DNA of 64,000 nt, taken from Macrostomum lignano (taxonomy: Eukaryota). The notes beneath the pieces are model-generated. The model ran no database searches. It saw nothing but the letters and a program-made list of their open reading frames with translations, and was not told the origin of the DNA. The position numbers were made by a program, and so were the translations under genes. Below are positions 23,578 through 42,120 of this stretch, piece by piece; the stretch's first letter is position 1, and every line of letters starts with the position of its first letter. The DNA is taken from the NCBI GenBank assembly GCA_002269645.1, contig NIVC01001772.1, positions 1-64,000 on the forward strand. Direction: 5' to 3'.

Positions 23578-26500
23578 GTCTGTCTGTCTGTCTATCTGTC
23601 TGTCTGTCTGTCTGTCTCTCCGATCCCTGACGGGCTAAGTCTACCGTCCCAACCGAATCCCCATGGCTCAGGAGGAGACCGGCCGCTACCGTCAGCTGCT
23701 GGTTCGAACCCTGCACAACGCCTGCATCCGATTCCCGGACGTAGCGCCGCAGATCGTCCCGACCCTCATCGAGTTCCTAGCCGACGGTGACAACTACAAC
23801 GAGAAGGCGCCTACAGGGGCGGCCGAAGACGTGCTAGTGTTTGTTCGCGAGGCCATTCAAAAGTTCGATCATTTGAAATCGTTGATCCTGCAGAAGCTGA
23901 TGGAATCGCTGGCTACGGTTAAGAATGCAAAGATTTATCGCAGTGCTCTGTGGATCCTTGGCGAGCATTGCACCGAGGTCGAAGACATCCAGAGCGTCAT
24001 GACGCTTGTTCGCCAGGCACTTGGCGATCTGCCTCTAGTTGAGGACGAATTGAAACGAGCCGCCAGTACAGGAGAGGATCAGGACCAGCAGCAGGAGTCC
24101 GCCTTGTCTTCTCAAGCCTCCGGCCTTGCACAGAAGCGGGTAACGGCCGATGGTACCTACGCTTCGCAGACTGCCTTCTCTGTGACCGTCGGAAAGGTGA
24201 ATATTTTAACCTTTAAGCCTACCTTTGGCGCCACTAACTTATAATTATAGATTATAACTTTGGTCGCTTTTTTAGTCTGGCAGTTCCGGCGGCAAGTCGG
24301 GCGGCGTCGGCGCCTCCTTAGGTACCGACAAAGACGACAGGCCTGTGTTGCGTCGGCACCTGTTGAAGGGCGACTTCTTTATTGGTGCCGCTCTGGGTAC
24401 CGCGCTGACTAAATTGGCTGTGCGATACTTGGCTAGGTATGAATGATTGATAGTCCCTGATTTTTCATTGAATTGGCCTTCTGCATAAATCTGAGGCCAT
24501 TCTACATGAATCTGAGGCAATTCTACATCAATCTGATGTCAAGGAACAAAAATCTGAGGTCATTCTACACAAATCTAAGACCATTCTACACAAATCTGAG
24601 GCCATTCTACACAAATCTGAGGCCATTCTACACAAATCTGAGGGCATTCTACACAAATCTAAGACCATTCTACACAAATCTGAGGCCATTCTACACAAAT
24701 CCGAGGCCATTCTACACAAATCCGACGCCATTTTACACAAATCCGAGGCCATTCTACACAAATCCGAGGCCATTCTACATAAACCTTAGGCCATTCTACA
24801 TAAAACTGAGGTCATTCTACATAAAACTGAGGTCATTCTACATAAAACTTAGGCCATTCTAAATAAACCTAAGGCCATTCTACATAAATCAAAGCATAAA
24901 TTTTCTAGTGCTGCTTCAATCTAAAAAAATTTAAGGCCATAATACATGATTAAAGTCTATTCTACAAGCATTCAAGCCATTCTGTTGACTCCCACTTCAG
25001 AGTGCCGGACCCGACCCGTCAGAACCGGTTCGTTGCCGAGTGCATGCTGGTATTGTCGTGTATTCTGCATCTAGGCCGCAGCGGTATGCCTGAGCGACCA
25101 GTGTCCCCTGATGATTTCGAACACCTGTGGCTGTGTATGAAGGTAAATATAGGATTAAATAATTTAGGATGAAATATAGATTTCTTTTCTGCATAATAGC
25201 AAAAACATTTTAAGAATAATGGCGATTTAGACACAAAATAACTCACTGAAGTGCTTGCCAAGGGGAATTTCTGTTCTTATTTCTACGCTACGTACATGTA
25301 TATGTACACTTAGGGAAATCCCCGTTCTATTTTTAGACAACATAAATTCACACGTAGAGAGATCCCTGTTCTATTTTCACTCAACATAATTCCACATAAG
25401 GGAAATCCCGTTCTATTTTCACTCAACATAATTCCACATAAGGGAAATCCCCGTCTATTTTCACTTAACATAATTCCACAATAAGGGAAATCCCCGTTCT
25501 ATTTTCACTCAACATAATTCCACATAAGGGAAATCCCCGTTCTATTTTCACTCAACATAATTCCACAATAAGGGAAATCCCCGTCTATTTTCACTTAACA
25601 TAATTCCACAATAAGGGAAATCCCCGTTCTATTTTCACTCAACATAATTCCACATAAGGGAAATCCCCGTTCTATTTTCACTCAACATAATTCCACAATA
25701 AGGGAAATCCCCGTTCTATTTTCACTTAACATAATTCCACAATAAGGGAGATCCCCGTTCTATTTTCACTCAACATAATTCCACAATAAGGGAAATCCCC
25801 GTTCTATTTTTAACCTTAGGAAAATCCATACAATATGTCGTTCCAAAATGCACATTAGGAGACATCTAAATTCTGTTTTTTAAACCACTTCCAATTCTAT
25901 TTTTAATTATTCTACTCTTAATTATCGACCTCCCCAGGTCCTGGCCGAGCGCTCTCAGCCCATGATGGAGGTGTTCGATTTGTACTGCCGCGAGGCCCTC
26001 GACCAGCTGCTCAGCTCGCAGCTAGCCGAAGAGAAGAGCTGCGAAACTGTTCGAACAAAGCGCGCCGTTCAACCGGACGATCCCGTCCGCTTCATCCAGC
26101 TGGCGCCGGCTAACGAGTTCGGCGATCTCGAAGATCGCTTCGACCTCACATTGTCGCAAGCCTTAGGCACAGCCGCCAAGCCGGAGTCGGACATCCTGCT
26201 CAGCAGCAAGCTGAATAAAGTTACTCAACTCACCGGCTTCTCTGATCCCGTCTATGCCGAAGCCTACGTGCACGTTAACCAGTACGACATAGTACTCGAT
26301 GTACTTCTGGTTAACCAGACAGCCGACACTCTGCAGAGCCTCAGCCTCGAATTGGCCACTCTGGGCGATCTAAAATTGGTTGAGAAGCCGGCACCGCTTA
26401 CCTTGGCCTCGAAAGATTTCGCCAACATCAAGGCTAATATCAAGGTTACAAGCACTGAGAATGGCATCATATTCGGCAATATTGTTTACGACGTTCGCGG

Positions 26501-26945
26501 CGCCGCCGGCGATCGGAACTGCGTCGTATTAAACGACATTCACATCGACATAATGGATTACATAGTGCCTAGCCATTGCTCGGATGTTGACTTCCGCCGG
26601 ATGTGGGTAGAATTCGAATGGGAGAATAAAGTGGCCGTTGCTACGGGCATATCAGATTTGCGCGACTTTTTAGCCCACCTGATTAAAGCCACCAATATGC
26701 GCTGTTTAACGCCGGAGAAAGCGCTGACAGGCGAGTGCGGCTTCCTCGCTGCCAATCTCTACGCCAGGAGCATCTTCGGCGAGGACGCGCTGGCCAATTT
26801 GTCTATCGAGAAGCCGCCGAACCAGCCAAATGCCCCAGTGACTGGGCACATCCGGATCCGAGCCAAGAGCCAGGGCATGGCTGTCACCCTTGGCGACAAG
26901 ATCAACATGAGCCAGAAGCAGACTCTGCGAGCGCCTGCCTCTTGA
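21396..26945 (+). CDS. COPB1: Coatomer subunit beta (beta-COP), 983 aa
   Basis: Phase-consistent coding exons 21396-21947, 22856-23419, 23672-24196, 24276-24436, 25001-25142, 25938-26945 (2952 nt). Recognisable beta-COP motifs [84 protein letters not shown]. Confidence 0.97.
23470..23620. repeat. (TCTG)n microsatellite in COPB1 intron 2
   Basis: Direct reading. Confidence 0.95.
24489..24890. repeat. Intronic minisatellite, 21-bp unit (AATCTGAGGCCATTCTACACA)
   Basis: Tandem copies in the COPB1 intron 24437-25000; explains the NLRPFYT ORF. Confidence 0.95.
25310..25815. repeat. Intronic minisatellite, ~41-44-bp unit (ATAAGGGAAATCCCCGTTCTATTTTCACTCAACATAATTCCAC)
   Basis: Tandem copies in the COPB1 intron 25143-25937. 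Confidence 0.93.
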
Positions 26946-28074
26946 ATTGTGACTGAATGACTAGAAAAATAACCAGTAACTTGAACCCCTGTGTAGGACT
27001 TTAGTTATAGTAAGAATACGGATTGGTTATTGTTACTTTTGCTTGTTTGTTGATGTCCCTCCGTTTCTTCGTGTTTCACCGACTCGACATTCATTAATTT
27101 GATTATTATAGCGTTAATCTGTAGACTATATTGATTATTTCCGATAGCAAGTCACTCTGGGACGCTTCTTGGCCTGGGTACCGTTTTCATCGGGTTTGAT
27201 TTAAGAAAGTCGTCTGAAGAATCTAGCTAAAGAATTTGCAGAGTTTTACAAATAGTTTTTTCTCTCAACAAAATCACATAGACTTCGTTATTGGCATGTC
27301 TGTTCTGTGCTTTAATAATTAAAAATTTTACTTAAATCACATTTCTTTGTTGCACTACTTATATTGCTAATCGAGTAGACACTAAAGCGCATTAGTTTGC
27401 GTTTATTAAATATTTCTACTCGACGCTTTATATAATTGGCCTCTGGTGTGTGTGCTTGTTTCCCTTATTCTTGATTCTATCAATCATTTGAAGTTTTTTT
27501 TGTTTTAACTAAGCTTCAGTGTTTTATGGTGTCTTGTATTTTTAATTCTGTATACTTATTTATTAGCTCATATATAATAATTGATTGAACTATGGATGTC
27601 ATAGTCATCGCTGTCTATGCCAGCAAAGTGAGTTGAAATATTATCTATTTGTTGAAGTTCTTTCTTTGCTACCATAATTGTTATTCTGAAATATTTAATA
27701 ATTTAATATGATTTACTGTGTAGGAACTGTTATCACCCTGCCAACCCCCCGTTCTAACATCGCGAATAATATTTATTTAGAATAAAAAACCCGAATTTGC
27801 GTGAATAAAAATCTGTTTGAGAATCTTGAGCATTCTTATTTGTTTGTCTATTTGAGATGGGTCTGATTATTAATAAAACTGGTACAAATTATTCGGAAAC
27901 AAACATGTTTCCTTAATATTTGTTTGTTTCATGTCTTTGACTCTACTCGCAGGTTTGCGGTGATTCTGTTATTCATTTTTTTCTGAGTTATTACTAATAT
28001 CATTCTACCTTTAGTCTACACTATAGTGCTTAGTGTCGTCTTTGATTAAGCTGATTTAAGATATAGCATGTTTC

Positions 28075-32362
<4,288 letters not shown>

Positions 32363-33016
32363 TGAATTGTCGCTAGTCTTAGGCAATATATTCAGTTAGT
32401 GCTGAAAAGCGCAGATGTTTGTTTATCAGACCAAATTTAACACTTTTGCAGCCTTTTATGGTCTATTCATCTTCGTCAACCAAGAAAATGTTCGCCTCAA
32501 ACAGCCACGCGTTGATTTCGTGTGCAACGATATGGTGAGTTTACAATAGTTAATCATGCAATTCAAGGCAATGAGTATTTTTATTTCAAAGAATAATATT
32601 TTCAGTGCCTGAGGCTTGTCGGTTACATAACATAATTATTTGCCTAATATGCATAGCAATCTTGAAGGAGCGTTATTGTGTGGCCTAGGGGGGGGGGGGC
32701 GCTGGGAAGTCTCTGAGCTCCCATGTTGTTGTCAGGCACTCAGCTTAGCACGCTATTTGATTCTAAGAAAAATAACGCTGAAAGAAAAATAATCTCAGCC
32801 AGTCTGCAGTCTTTTTTTCTAATTCATGTAAAAACCGCCAATCATGTCTCACGCGATGTTTCTTTATAAATTCTATCTATAATAGATTAGTTGGGATTTG
32901 GTAGCATCATCACTTTGTATATTTTTTATCCATTATTGACGATAAAACTATGGCTTGAAAATCACGTGTTTTTTCTTATCTCTCTCTGCTCTTCTGCATC
33001 AAAAATTTAAAGTTAA

Positions 33017-36000
33017 TTTATTAGTGCATTTGCATCTGTCTGTGCAGTTATTTATGCGTTTGTTGAACGTGACTTCAAGCTCTGCGTGATTGTTAGTAAA
33101 CCATTTAATCTTATTCTTATCTTTTAACCTTTTCAGTTGTTTGAATAAGGAATAGAGATCTTTTAGGTGCTATTGAGTGCACTACTGTATATCAGTTATC
33201 TCAATATTTAGATATTGTCATAAACATCTTAGTGTTGATTTCCATTGAAGTGTTTATAACACATCAGAGTTCATCCCAAAGTATCATCAGAGTTTATTCC
33301 AAAGTATCAACAGTGTTTATCTCAAAGTATCATCAGAGTTTATCCAAAAGTATCATCACAGTTTATCCAAAAGTATCATCAGAGTTTATCTCAAAGTATC
33401 ATCAGAGTTTATCTTAAAGTATCATCACAGTTTATCCAAAAGTATCATCAGAGATTATCTCAAAGTATCATCAGAGTTTATCGAAAAGTATCATCACAGT
33501 TTATCCCAAAGTATCATCAGAGTTTATCCAAAAGTATCATCACAGTTTATCCAAAAGTATCATCAGAGTTTATCCCACAGTATCATTAGAGTTTATACTA
33601 AAGTATCATCAGAGTTTATCCCACAGTATCATCAGAGTTTATCCAAAAGTATCATCAGAGTCTATCCAAAAGTATCATCAGAGTTTATCCAAAAGTATAA
33701 TCAGAGTTTATTCCACAGTATCATCAGAGTTTATCCGAAAGTATCATCAGAGTCTATCCAAAAGTATCATCACAGTCTATCCAAAAGTATCATCAGAGTT
33801 TATCCTAAAGTATCATCAGAGTTTATCCCACAGTATCATTAGAGTTTATCCTAAAGTATCATCAGAGTTTATCCCACAGTATCATTAGAGTTTATCCTAA
33901 AGTATCATCACAGTTTATCCTAAAGTATCATCAGAGTTTATCCCACAGTATCATTAGAGTTTATCCAAAAGTATCATCACAGTTTATCCTAAAGTATCAT
34001 CAGAGTTTATCCCACAGTATCATTAGAGTTTATCCTAAAGTATCATCACAGTTTATCCTAAAGTATCATCAGAGTTTATCCCAAAGTATCATCAGAGTTT
34101 ATTCCAAGGTATCATCAGAGTTTATCCCAAAGTATCATCAGAGTTTATTCCAAGGTATCATCAGAGTTTATCCCAAAGTATCATCAGAGTTTATCCCAAA
34201 GTATCATCAGAGTTTATCCAAAAGTGTCATCAGAGTTTATTCCAAAGTATCATCAAAGTTTATCCAAAAGTATCATCAGAGTTTATCCCAAAGTATCATC
34301 AGAGTTTATCCAAAAGTGTCATCAGAGTTTATCCCAAAGTATCATCAGAGTTTATCCAAAAGTGTCATCAGAGTTTATTCCAAAGTATCATCAAAGTTTA
34401 TCCAAAAGTATCATCAGAGTTTATCCCAAAGTATCATCAGAGTTTATCCCAAAGTATCATCAGAGTTTATCCAAAAGTGTCATCAGAGTTTATTCCAAGG
34501 TATCATCAAAGTTAATTCATTAGTGCATTTGCATCTGTCTGTGCAGTTATTTATGCGTTTGTTGAACGTGACTTCAAGCTCTGGGTGATTTTTAGTAAAC
34601 CATTAATCTAATTCTTATCTTTTAATCTTTTAAGTTGCTTGAATAAGGAATAGAGATCTTTTAGGTGCTATTGAGTGCATTCCTGTATATCAGTTATCTC
34701 AGCATTTATTGTCATAAAAATCTAGTTTTGATTTCCATTGCGGTGTTTATAAAACACCAGTTTTTATCCCAGAGTATCATCACAGTTTATCTTAAAGTAT
34801 CATTAGTGTTTATCCCAAAGTATCATCAGAGTTTATCCCAAAATATCATCAGAGTTTATCGCAAAGTATCATCAGAGATTATCCCAAAGTATCATCACAG
34901 TTTATCCCAAAGTATCATCAGAGTTTATCCAAAAGTGTCATCAGAGTTTATTCCAAAGTATCATCAAAGTTTATCCAAAAGTATCATCAGAGTTTATCCC
35001 AAAGTATCATCAGAGTTTATCCAAAAGTGTCATCAGAGTTTATTCCAAGGTATCATCAAAGTTAATTCATTAGTGCATTTGCATCTGTCTGTGCAGTTAT
35101 TTATGCGTTTGTTGAACGTGACTTCAAGCTCTGGGTGATTTTTAGTAAACCATTAATCTAATTCTTATCTTTTAATCTTTTAAGTTGCTTGAATAAGGAA
35201 TAGAGATCTTTTAGGTGCTATTGAGTGCATTCCTGTATATCAGTTATCTCAGCATTTATTGTCATAAAAATCTAGTTTTGATTTCCATTGCGGTGTTTAT
35301 AAAACACCAGTTTTTATCCCAGAGTATCATCACAGTTTATCTTAAAGTATCATTAGTGTTTATCCCAAAGTATCATCAGAGTTTATCCCAAAATATCATC
35401 AGAGTTTATCCCAAAGTATCATCAGAGTTTATCGCAAAGTATCATCAGAGTTGATCCCAAAATATCATCAGAGTTTATCGCAAAGTATCATCAGAGATTA
35501 TCCCAAAGTATCATCAGAGTTTATCCCAAAGTATCATCAGAGTTTATCCCAAAGTATCACCAGAGATTATCCCAAAGTATCACCAGAGATTATCCCAAAG
35601 TATCACCAGAGATTATCCCAAAGTATCATCAGAGATTATCCCAAAGTATCATCAGAGATTATCCCAAAGTATCATCAGAGTTTATCCCAAAGTATCATCA
35701 GAGTTTATCCCAAAGTATCACCAGAGATTATCCCAAAGTATCACCAGAGATTATCCCAAAATATCATCAGAGTTTATCCCAAAATATCATCAGAGTTTAT
35801 CGCAAAGTATCATCAGAGATTATCCCAAAGTATCATCAGAGTTTATCCCAAAGTATCATCAGAGTTTATCGCAAAGTATCATCAGAGTTGATCCCAAAAT
35901 ATCATCAGAGTTTATCGCAAAGTATCATCAGAGATTATCCCAAAGTATCATCAGAGTTTATCCCAAAGTATCATCAGAGTTTATCCCAAAGTATCACCAG

Positions 36001-36390
36001 AGATTATCCCAAAGTATCACCAGAGATTATCCCAAAGTATCACCAGAGATTATCCCAAAGTATCATCAGAGATTATCCCAAAGTATCATCAGAGATTATC
36101 CCAAAGTATCACCAGAGATTATCCCAAAGTATCACCAGAGATTATCCCAAAGTATCACCAGAGATTATCCCAAAGTATCATCAGAGATTATCCCAAAGTA
36201 TCACCAGAGATTATCCCAAAGTATCACCAGAGATTATCCCAAAGTATCACCAGAGATTATCCCAAAGTATCATCAGAGATTATCCCAAAGTATCACCAGA
36301 GATTATCCCAAAGTATCACCAGAGATTATCCCAAAGTATCACCAGAGATTATCCCAAAGTATCATCAGAGATTATCCCAAAGTATCAGTG
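33017..36390. repeat. 23-bp minisatellite (CCCAAAGTATCATCAGAGTTTAT) interspersed with three copies of a ~240-bp spacer
   Basis: The spacer AAGTTAAT..TTAGTGCATTTGCATCTGTCTGTGC starts near 33017, 34509 and 35059. Confidence 0.93.
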
Positions 36391-37261
36391 TTTATGTCTA
36401 TACGAGTAATCTCAGTATTAATCTTAAGCATTTCTGTTTATTCCATTAGCAAAACTGTTTTGATATCAATAATCAGATTTTTATCCCAATAACTATCCTC
36501 TTTTATGCTATGAATCTTTAGTCTTTACCTGGCCCCCGCCCCCCAACGTAGAAAAAATATTCCCGAAATTGCACTGTAAGTGGGATTTGTAGGGACCCAA
36601 CTAGGATGGATACCCCCTTGCTGGCAACATGCTAAGCGTGTTCCACTCTGCTGACATCCATCCAATCAGCCAGATCTCTCCTTCTCCCCCACTCTGCTCC
36701 GATGTTTCCCAACCAATAGCATGCTGGGATCCTGTAATGCAAACATTCTTTAACAAGGCCTCTTTCTTTATCATCACCGATAGATCTGCTTGGATTTTAC
36801 TAAGTTGCTGTGGCGCGTATGTAAAAACAGGAATCCCGCCTCCCCCCTTAGTACAGCTGTTCATCTATGTTCAGTTCTGCTCTTACGATCTAGCTGTAAG
36901 GATAGGTGAAGGCTCCGCAAGGATGTAATAATAATAATCATAAAAACATTAGCATTTGCAATCACTTTGCCATCCTGCCTGATACACTTACTTTTGGAAA
37001 TTAATATTGAAGGACTTCAAGTTAAAATCAAATTAATAATATAGAATGAAACGATCGTCAATTGACAAACGAAACGACGACTTGCCTAGAAATTCCGGTC
37101 GTAGAATACGATTTGGTAAGCTCTCGCTAAAATTTTTCCTTTTACCTGTCTTCAGCTTATGCAGTTTTTGCTGCCAGAAAAATAGACGTATATATAAATA
37201 TTGTTCTGTTTTGTCTATGGCCAAAATCGTAACACAGACGAAACGCGTGTGTGTCATGACA

Positions 37262-37625
37262 CATTTATTAGAGTCCAGGAGGCTGTGTGCACCCTTCCTG
37301 GCGCACTTTAAGCGACATTGTCACACAACCGGCGAGAGGCATTGCTGCCCATTCCGCCGACTCCCCTGAGCAGGCACAAAAGCGCAAGGATACGTACGCA
37401 GTCATACGCACAGGCAAACACCCACACAGGAGTGTACAGCGGCCCTAACTTTATTTGTCGTTAGGCATGTACACTTCACTGTGCCTTGGGGATTGGCTTT
37501 AAAAGTCGTTAATTGCACGAGCAGATCGCCCAAACCCGGATTCTAATTTAGCCCAAAATTACCGTGATTGCACTTGGCCGCTGGCGCACCAGAGCGCCGC
37601 GCCGGACCACTAAGCTACGGGCCCC
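37262..37625 (-). mobile_element. tRNA-derived SINE, family A
   Basis: Reverse-complement match to 41743-42120; head GGGGCCCGTAGCTTAGTGG resembles a tRNA 5' end and A-box. Confidence 0.8.
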
Positions 37626-39554
37626 TGCCTTGCCTCAGACAGTTGTCTCACAATTTTGCGGGCGGAATCTTCATGTGTTCCCTCGGTTTTAGTCTGTTGC
37701 ATTTTTATTAAGCGTAGAAAAACAACAAATTAACAGTAAACTAGCCAGCATGCATAACAAAAGTACATCTATAAACAATACGTCAATAGCAGAATAGTTC
37801 GTCTTTGCTTTATCGAAAGCCATGCTGCGTTAAAGATAGTAGCTGAGTCGCACATCGTCTCTTTCTCAAGCACTGCGATTGAGCTCACCGCGTTAGTTGA
37901 CGCTGTAGCTACAGCCGACGGTACAGCCGTTACGACTCTCTCTTGATGAAGAGCACCATCTTGTTGCTTCCGTTTAACTCGTGAATAAATGTGACTCTTT
38001 TAGCAGCTGAAATCCTAATTGAGAATTTAGAACATCTACAAATGAAGATCATATATTTTTAATTTTAATTTTTAATTTTTAATGGAAATTAATGAAGGAA
38101 ATCCGCACCCATCGCGTCAACCATTTGGGTTTAACCCCGAACCGGGTAGCAAAACCCGACCCCAAATCCCGAACACTCCTAGTCACAGTCAGTGACTACT
38201 TAACAAGTTGTCCTTGGTCACAACTACTTAACAAATAGTTAAACAAGTAGTTAACCGCTTGTCACAGCTCAGCAACTGAGATAATGAGCGTTGATTTGTT
38301 GTCGGTGATTCACATTCGTATCCATATAAATTCTTCATTCCTTATCAAACAGATTAAAACAAAATTGTAAATAATTCCGGAAATTTTCATTAAGCTTTGA
38401 GATTCGGAAACAGATGTTTGGCAGCGAAGACTTTGCGTACGCGTATTGAGAAGTTTAAACTAATAAACAAGTCGATACTAAAATATATTGATAAATTTGC
38501 TCAGAAATTTGAGACGTATTAGTTTCCTTATAATACACCATGCAGTAATCCAATATCCGAGAAGTCACTATTAAACCAGAGTTGTCAATCGTATACATAA
38601 GAACAGCTCATGAAACAGAATCCCCTGGAAATCTAGTCTAGAAGAGCTAGAGGGAGTGAGAATTAAAAGCGAAAGTCTGTTCAATGTCCTCCCGCCTCCC
38701 CTCCCCCTGCTCCTGCTGCTTCATCTCCTATTTCTACCCTACCTCCTTTTTGGCCTGTCGGAATTCGAACTTTCTCTCGCCGACTGGGTGCTCGCGAGTA
38801 CCGCCTCCCTTGCTGCCTCCCCCTGCCCTCCCCCATCTGCTAGTCCCAATCAAGAGCTGGAAGACCGAATGCCTCTGTGTGTATATAATGTATATACATC
38901 TAGTCTTATAATGCAAGTAAGTATATATTAAAAGTACAAAGTGAGATAGAGAGGAAAAAAGAACCAAAACTTTCTTCTTTCCGTTTGTCACAATTTGAAA
39001 GGAGATTCCAAAAAAGCTACTGAGGCTGATGCTGCTAGATGCCTCAAAGAGAGAGTGAAAGAAATACACCAAAGGAAGTCTCTAGTCGCGATTCTCTGAA
39101 ATATATATGTATATTTAAGAGCTTGAGTAGGCTATGAGCACTTCGCCTAAGTCCTCGATTTTTTTACCAATCATCGTAGTAGAGTGTGCAAGTTTATCTT
39201 TCTCAGCAGCAAAGTGGCCTCCGGGAACCGGGGGATTTGGATTGAAGTGCTTCTTTAACGGCATTATGCACGGTTTAAGTTATTTATTACAGACAGCTTA
39301 TGTATAGCTGAGCAGATATGAGTACCTCCTTAATGAGGCCATTTGTCCGTGTAAGACGTGAGGGAGAGAATTTAAGCTTCTCTGAGTTGGTTTTCTTAGA
39401 AACCGATCGAATTTTTCTACGAAATGCCCAACGTATTCTCCCAGCGTACTTTTAACCTCGCTCATTAAATTTTCTATTCAAATTTTGAGTCTGCTGAGCT
39501 TCGTTATAATTAACGGTGTATTGAATTTATTTGCAGCTGATTGAAGAGCATTTT

Positions 39555-39593
39555 GTATCTATTGATCTATCTGTCTGTCTGTCTGCCTGCCTG

Positions 39594-39670
<77 letters not shown>
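39555..39670. repeat. (TATC)n microsatellite
   Basis: Direct reading. Confidence 0.95.
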
Positions 39671-40117
39671 AAATCTATCTATTCACCTATCGATTCATCT
39701 ATCTGTAGGTAAATATAGTTATTTAGATGAAAAAACCGGCATAGCGTGATTTGCAAAGATAGACATGCCTATTTAGTGCTATCCATGCGAGCAGTTAGCT
39801 AGCGCAAAAACTATCTGCAAGTGTGCTACTGTTATAGCAAAGCTTTTATGACGATCGCAGGAAAAGGCGAATTGAAGTGAGGGAGGAACAGAGAGAAGCG
39901 GCGAAAAAAGCAACGGATCAGATATGGATGAAAGGTAGAGGCGGTATTGATGCTGTCTCCAGTTCAACCCAGCTATAAGTTGAATCGAAAACTCAAACTG
40001 CATGAAATGTAGCTACTCGTATCCCAGCGTGTAGAGTTTTCTGCTGGCTAACTATCAGAGGCCGTAGAGCTCTCGACCCCTTCTATTACCCCTCTTTCTC
40101 TCCCAGGTTTGCCCCAG

Positions 40118-40119
<2 letters not shown>

Positions 40120-40170
<51 letters not shown>
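40120..40170. repeat. (CT)n microsatellite
   Basis: Direct reading. Confidence 0.95.
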
Positions 40171-40192
<22 letters not shown>

Positions 40193-41742
40193 GCTGGTGT
40201 GTAATGCAATTTCCACTCAATCAATTCGATTCCGCAGCATTTAGTCTGGTCTGGATGCATTATGAATAGTGTTTCTTTTGTATGTTCTGTGCGCTAGCAT
40301 GCGCAATATTATTATAGTTCCTACTAATAGTACTATGCTTTATACTCTGCGTGCCAGTTGATAACAACTCTTCTTTTAAATGCGTCTATCAGATTCACTC
40401 AGCAAAGAGGCCTTGAGATCTTGAGTGTTTGAGCACACGCATCAATAGATGAGACGTATTTGACAAGTTGAAGCATTGCAAGTATTTGAGCAACTTTGCC
40501 CATATAAGTCACTGAGTGAAGGAATCTTCAAGTATCTTAGTGCCATATACTGTTATTATGAGTCAGGCTCTACGTTAAGATTCTCTTTTTGATATTAATA
40601 AACATGGAAATTATTTCTGTTTACGGTTCGCTGAGAACGATGCAACCAATATAGAAATTTCGAATGGCGACTCGCAATTCGAGTTGTTCAGGGGGGGGGT
40701 TGGGGTGTGTTCGGTTTGCTACTAGAGGAGGCAGCTTGACCTCAGATGCATCCTAGACTGCCTGTGCATGCTTGGGGGAGAAGAGCGGTACATAGGGGTT
40801 TTCATTTTCACGGTCAATTACCCATTTTTTTACACTTCATCGTCCCACTACTCTTGCTAATTTCTTTCCTTCATTTAGCTTATTAGCGCTGAAACGAGGT
40901 TCTGCATCGGGCAATTTCTTTTCTCGTCTCGGCTTCGAGTCTCGTTGCGTCTTCGTTCCCCGCAGTTCGATTTATGTTGAGTGTTCCTTTTTGCTCTTAT
41001 CTACGTCTTCTCTCTCTTTGTCTCGCCTTGTTGTAAATGAGAAATGGCTAAGTTAAGAAACTTATGCAGCTGTAGGGCCGCATTAGTGAATGTAGCAACT
41101 GCTCGCCTCTTTATAGTGTATCTAGCATATTGCCTTTGATGATAAGCGCAAACCTGATACACGTGTACCATGTACAGCTTAGCGCCCTGTCTGCCAGCTA
41201 GAACACCTAGAATAATTGATTGATGGATTGATGGGTTGTTACAGAAGATCAGGCGATCAAAGATTAGAGTAACGCCTGTCAAAAAGTTTCTGTTTCGGTC
41301 TAATGTTTTCTTTATTTAGGTGGCTAAACTTAAACACTGAAAAGGTTTTGAAAAACTCACTGCATTTTAAAGTACATCACAGTCAAACAAGCACGTCACG
41401 CGATCGCATTATATATGACGAACGCTTCCGTGAGAATTAATTTGATTGACAGATTCGCATAGTAGTTAGGGCAATCCCTCGAACTAATAATGTGTATCAA
41501 CCACGAGGTCTGCGACTAAGTATTGTTGTCCAGAACACACATATGCTCTTTATGGTTTATATTTTATTCTTATTGAGTCCTGTCCCAGCGCATTCAGACA
41601 GAAAATAGTTTGTTAGCCGATATCGGTTATTTCTTAAAAACAGATTTTGTTGTCGTCTGTTGAGCCGTTGAGATTCAATACAAACTTCATAGTGTACATA
41701 AATACAAAACTATTTAACAACAACTGTCCATGTGAACACGAC

Positions 41743-42120
41743 GGGGGTCCGTAGCCTAGTGGTGTGGCGTAGTGCTCTTGTGTGCCAGTGGCCCAGGCTC
41801 GATTGCAAGTGCAATCACGGTAATTTGGGATAAATTAGAATCCGGGTTTGGGTCTGCTCGTGCAATTAACGACTTTTAAAGCCAACCCCCAAGCCACAAG
41901 TACACATGCCTAACGACAAATAAAGTTTGGGCCGCTGTACACTTCTGTGTGAGTGTGTGCCTGTGCGTATGACTGCGTACGTATCCTTGCGCTTGTGTGC
42001 CTGCTCAGGGGAGTCGGCGGAATGGGCAGTATTGTCACACAACTCTCGCCGGTTGTGTGACAATGTCACTTAAAGTGCGCCAGGGTGCACGCAGCCCCCT
42101 GTCACTAATCTAACTAAAAA
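41743..42120 (+). mobile_element. tRNA-derived SINE, family A
   Basis: GGGGGTCCGTAGCCTAGTGG A-box-like head and GGCTCGATTGC B-box-like motif; body collinear with the inverted copy at 37262-37625. Confidence 0.8.

Noticed and set aside
33232-36409. CRISPR-like or coding interpretation of the 23-bp array
   Set aside because: Units abut without unique spacers, there are no cas genes, and the context is eukaryotic.
36575-36920. Possible solo LTR or LINE tail with CCAAT motifs and a (TAA)n end
   Set aside because: No TG..CA pair with a matching TSD could be found.
39860-39931. Candidate upstream DLG5-like exon (KRRIEVREEQREAAKKATDQIWMK, phase compatible)
   Set aside because: No homology support, and phase compatibility alone is weak evidence.
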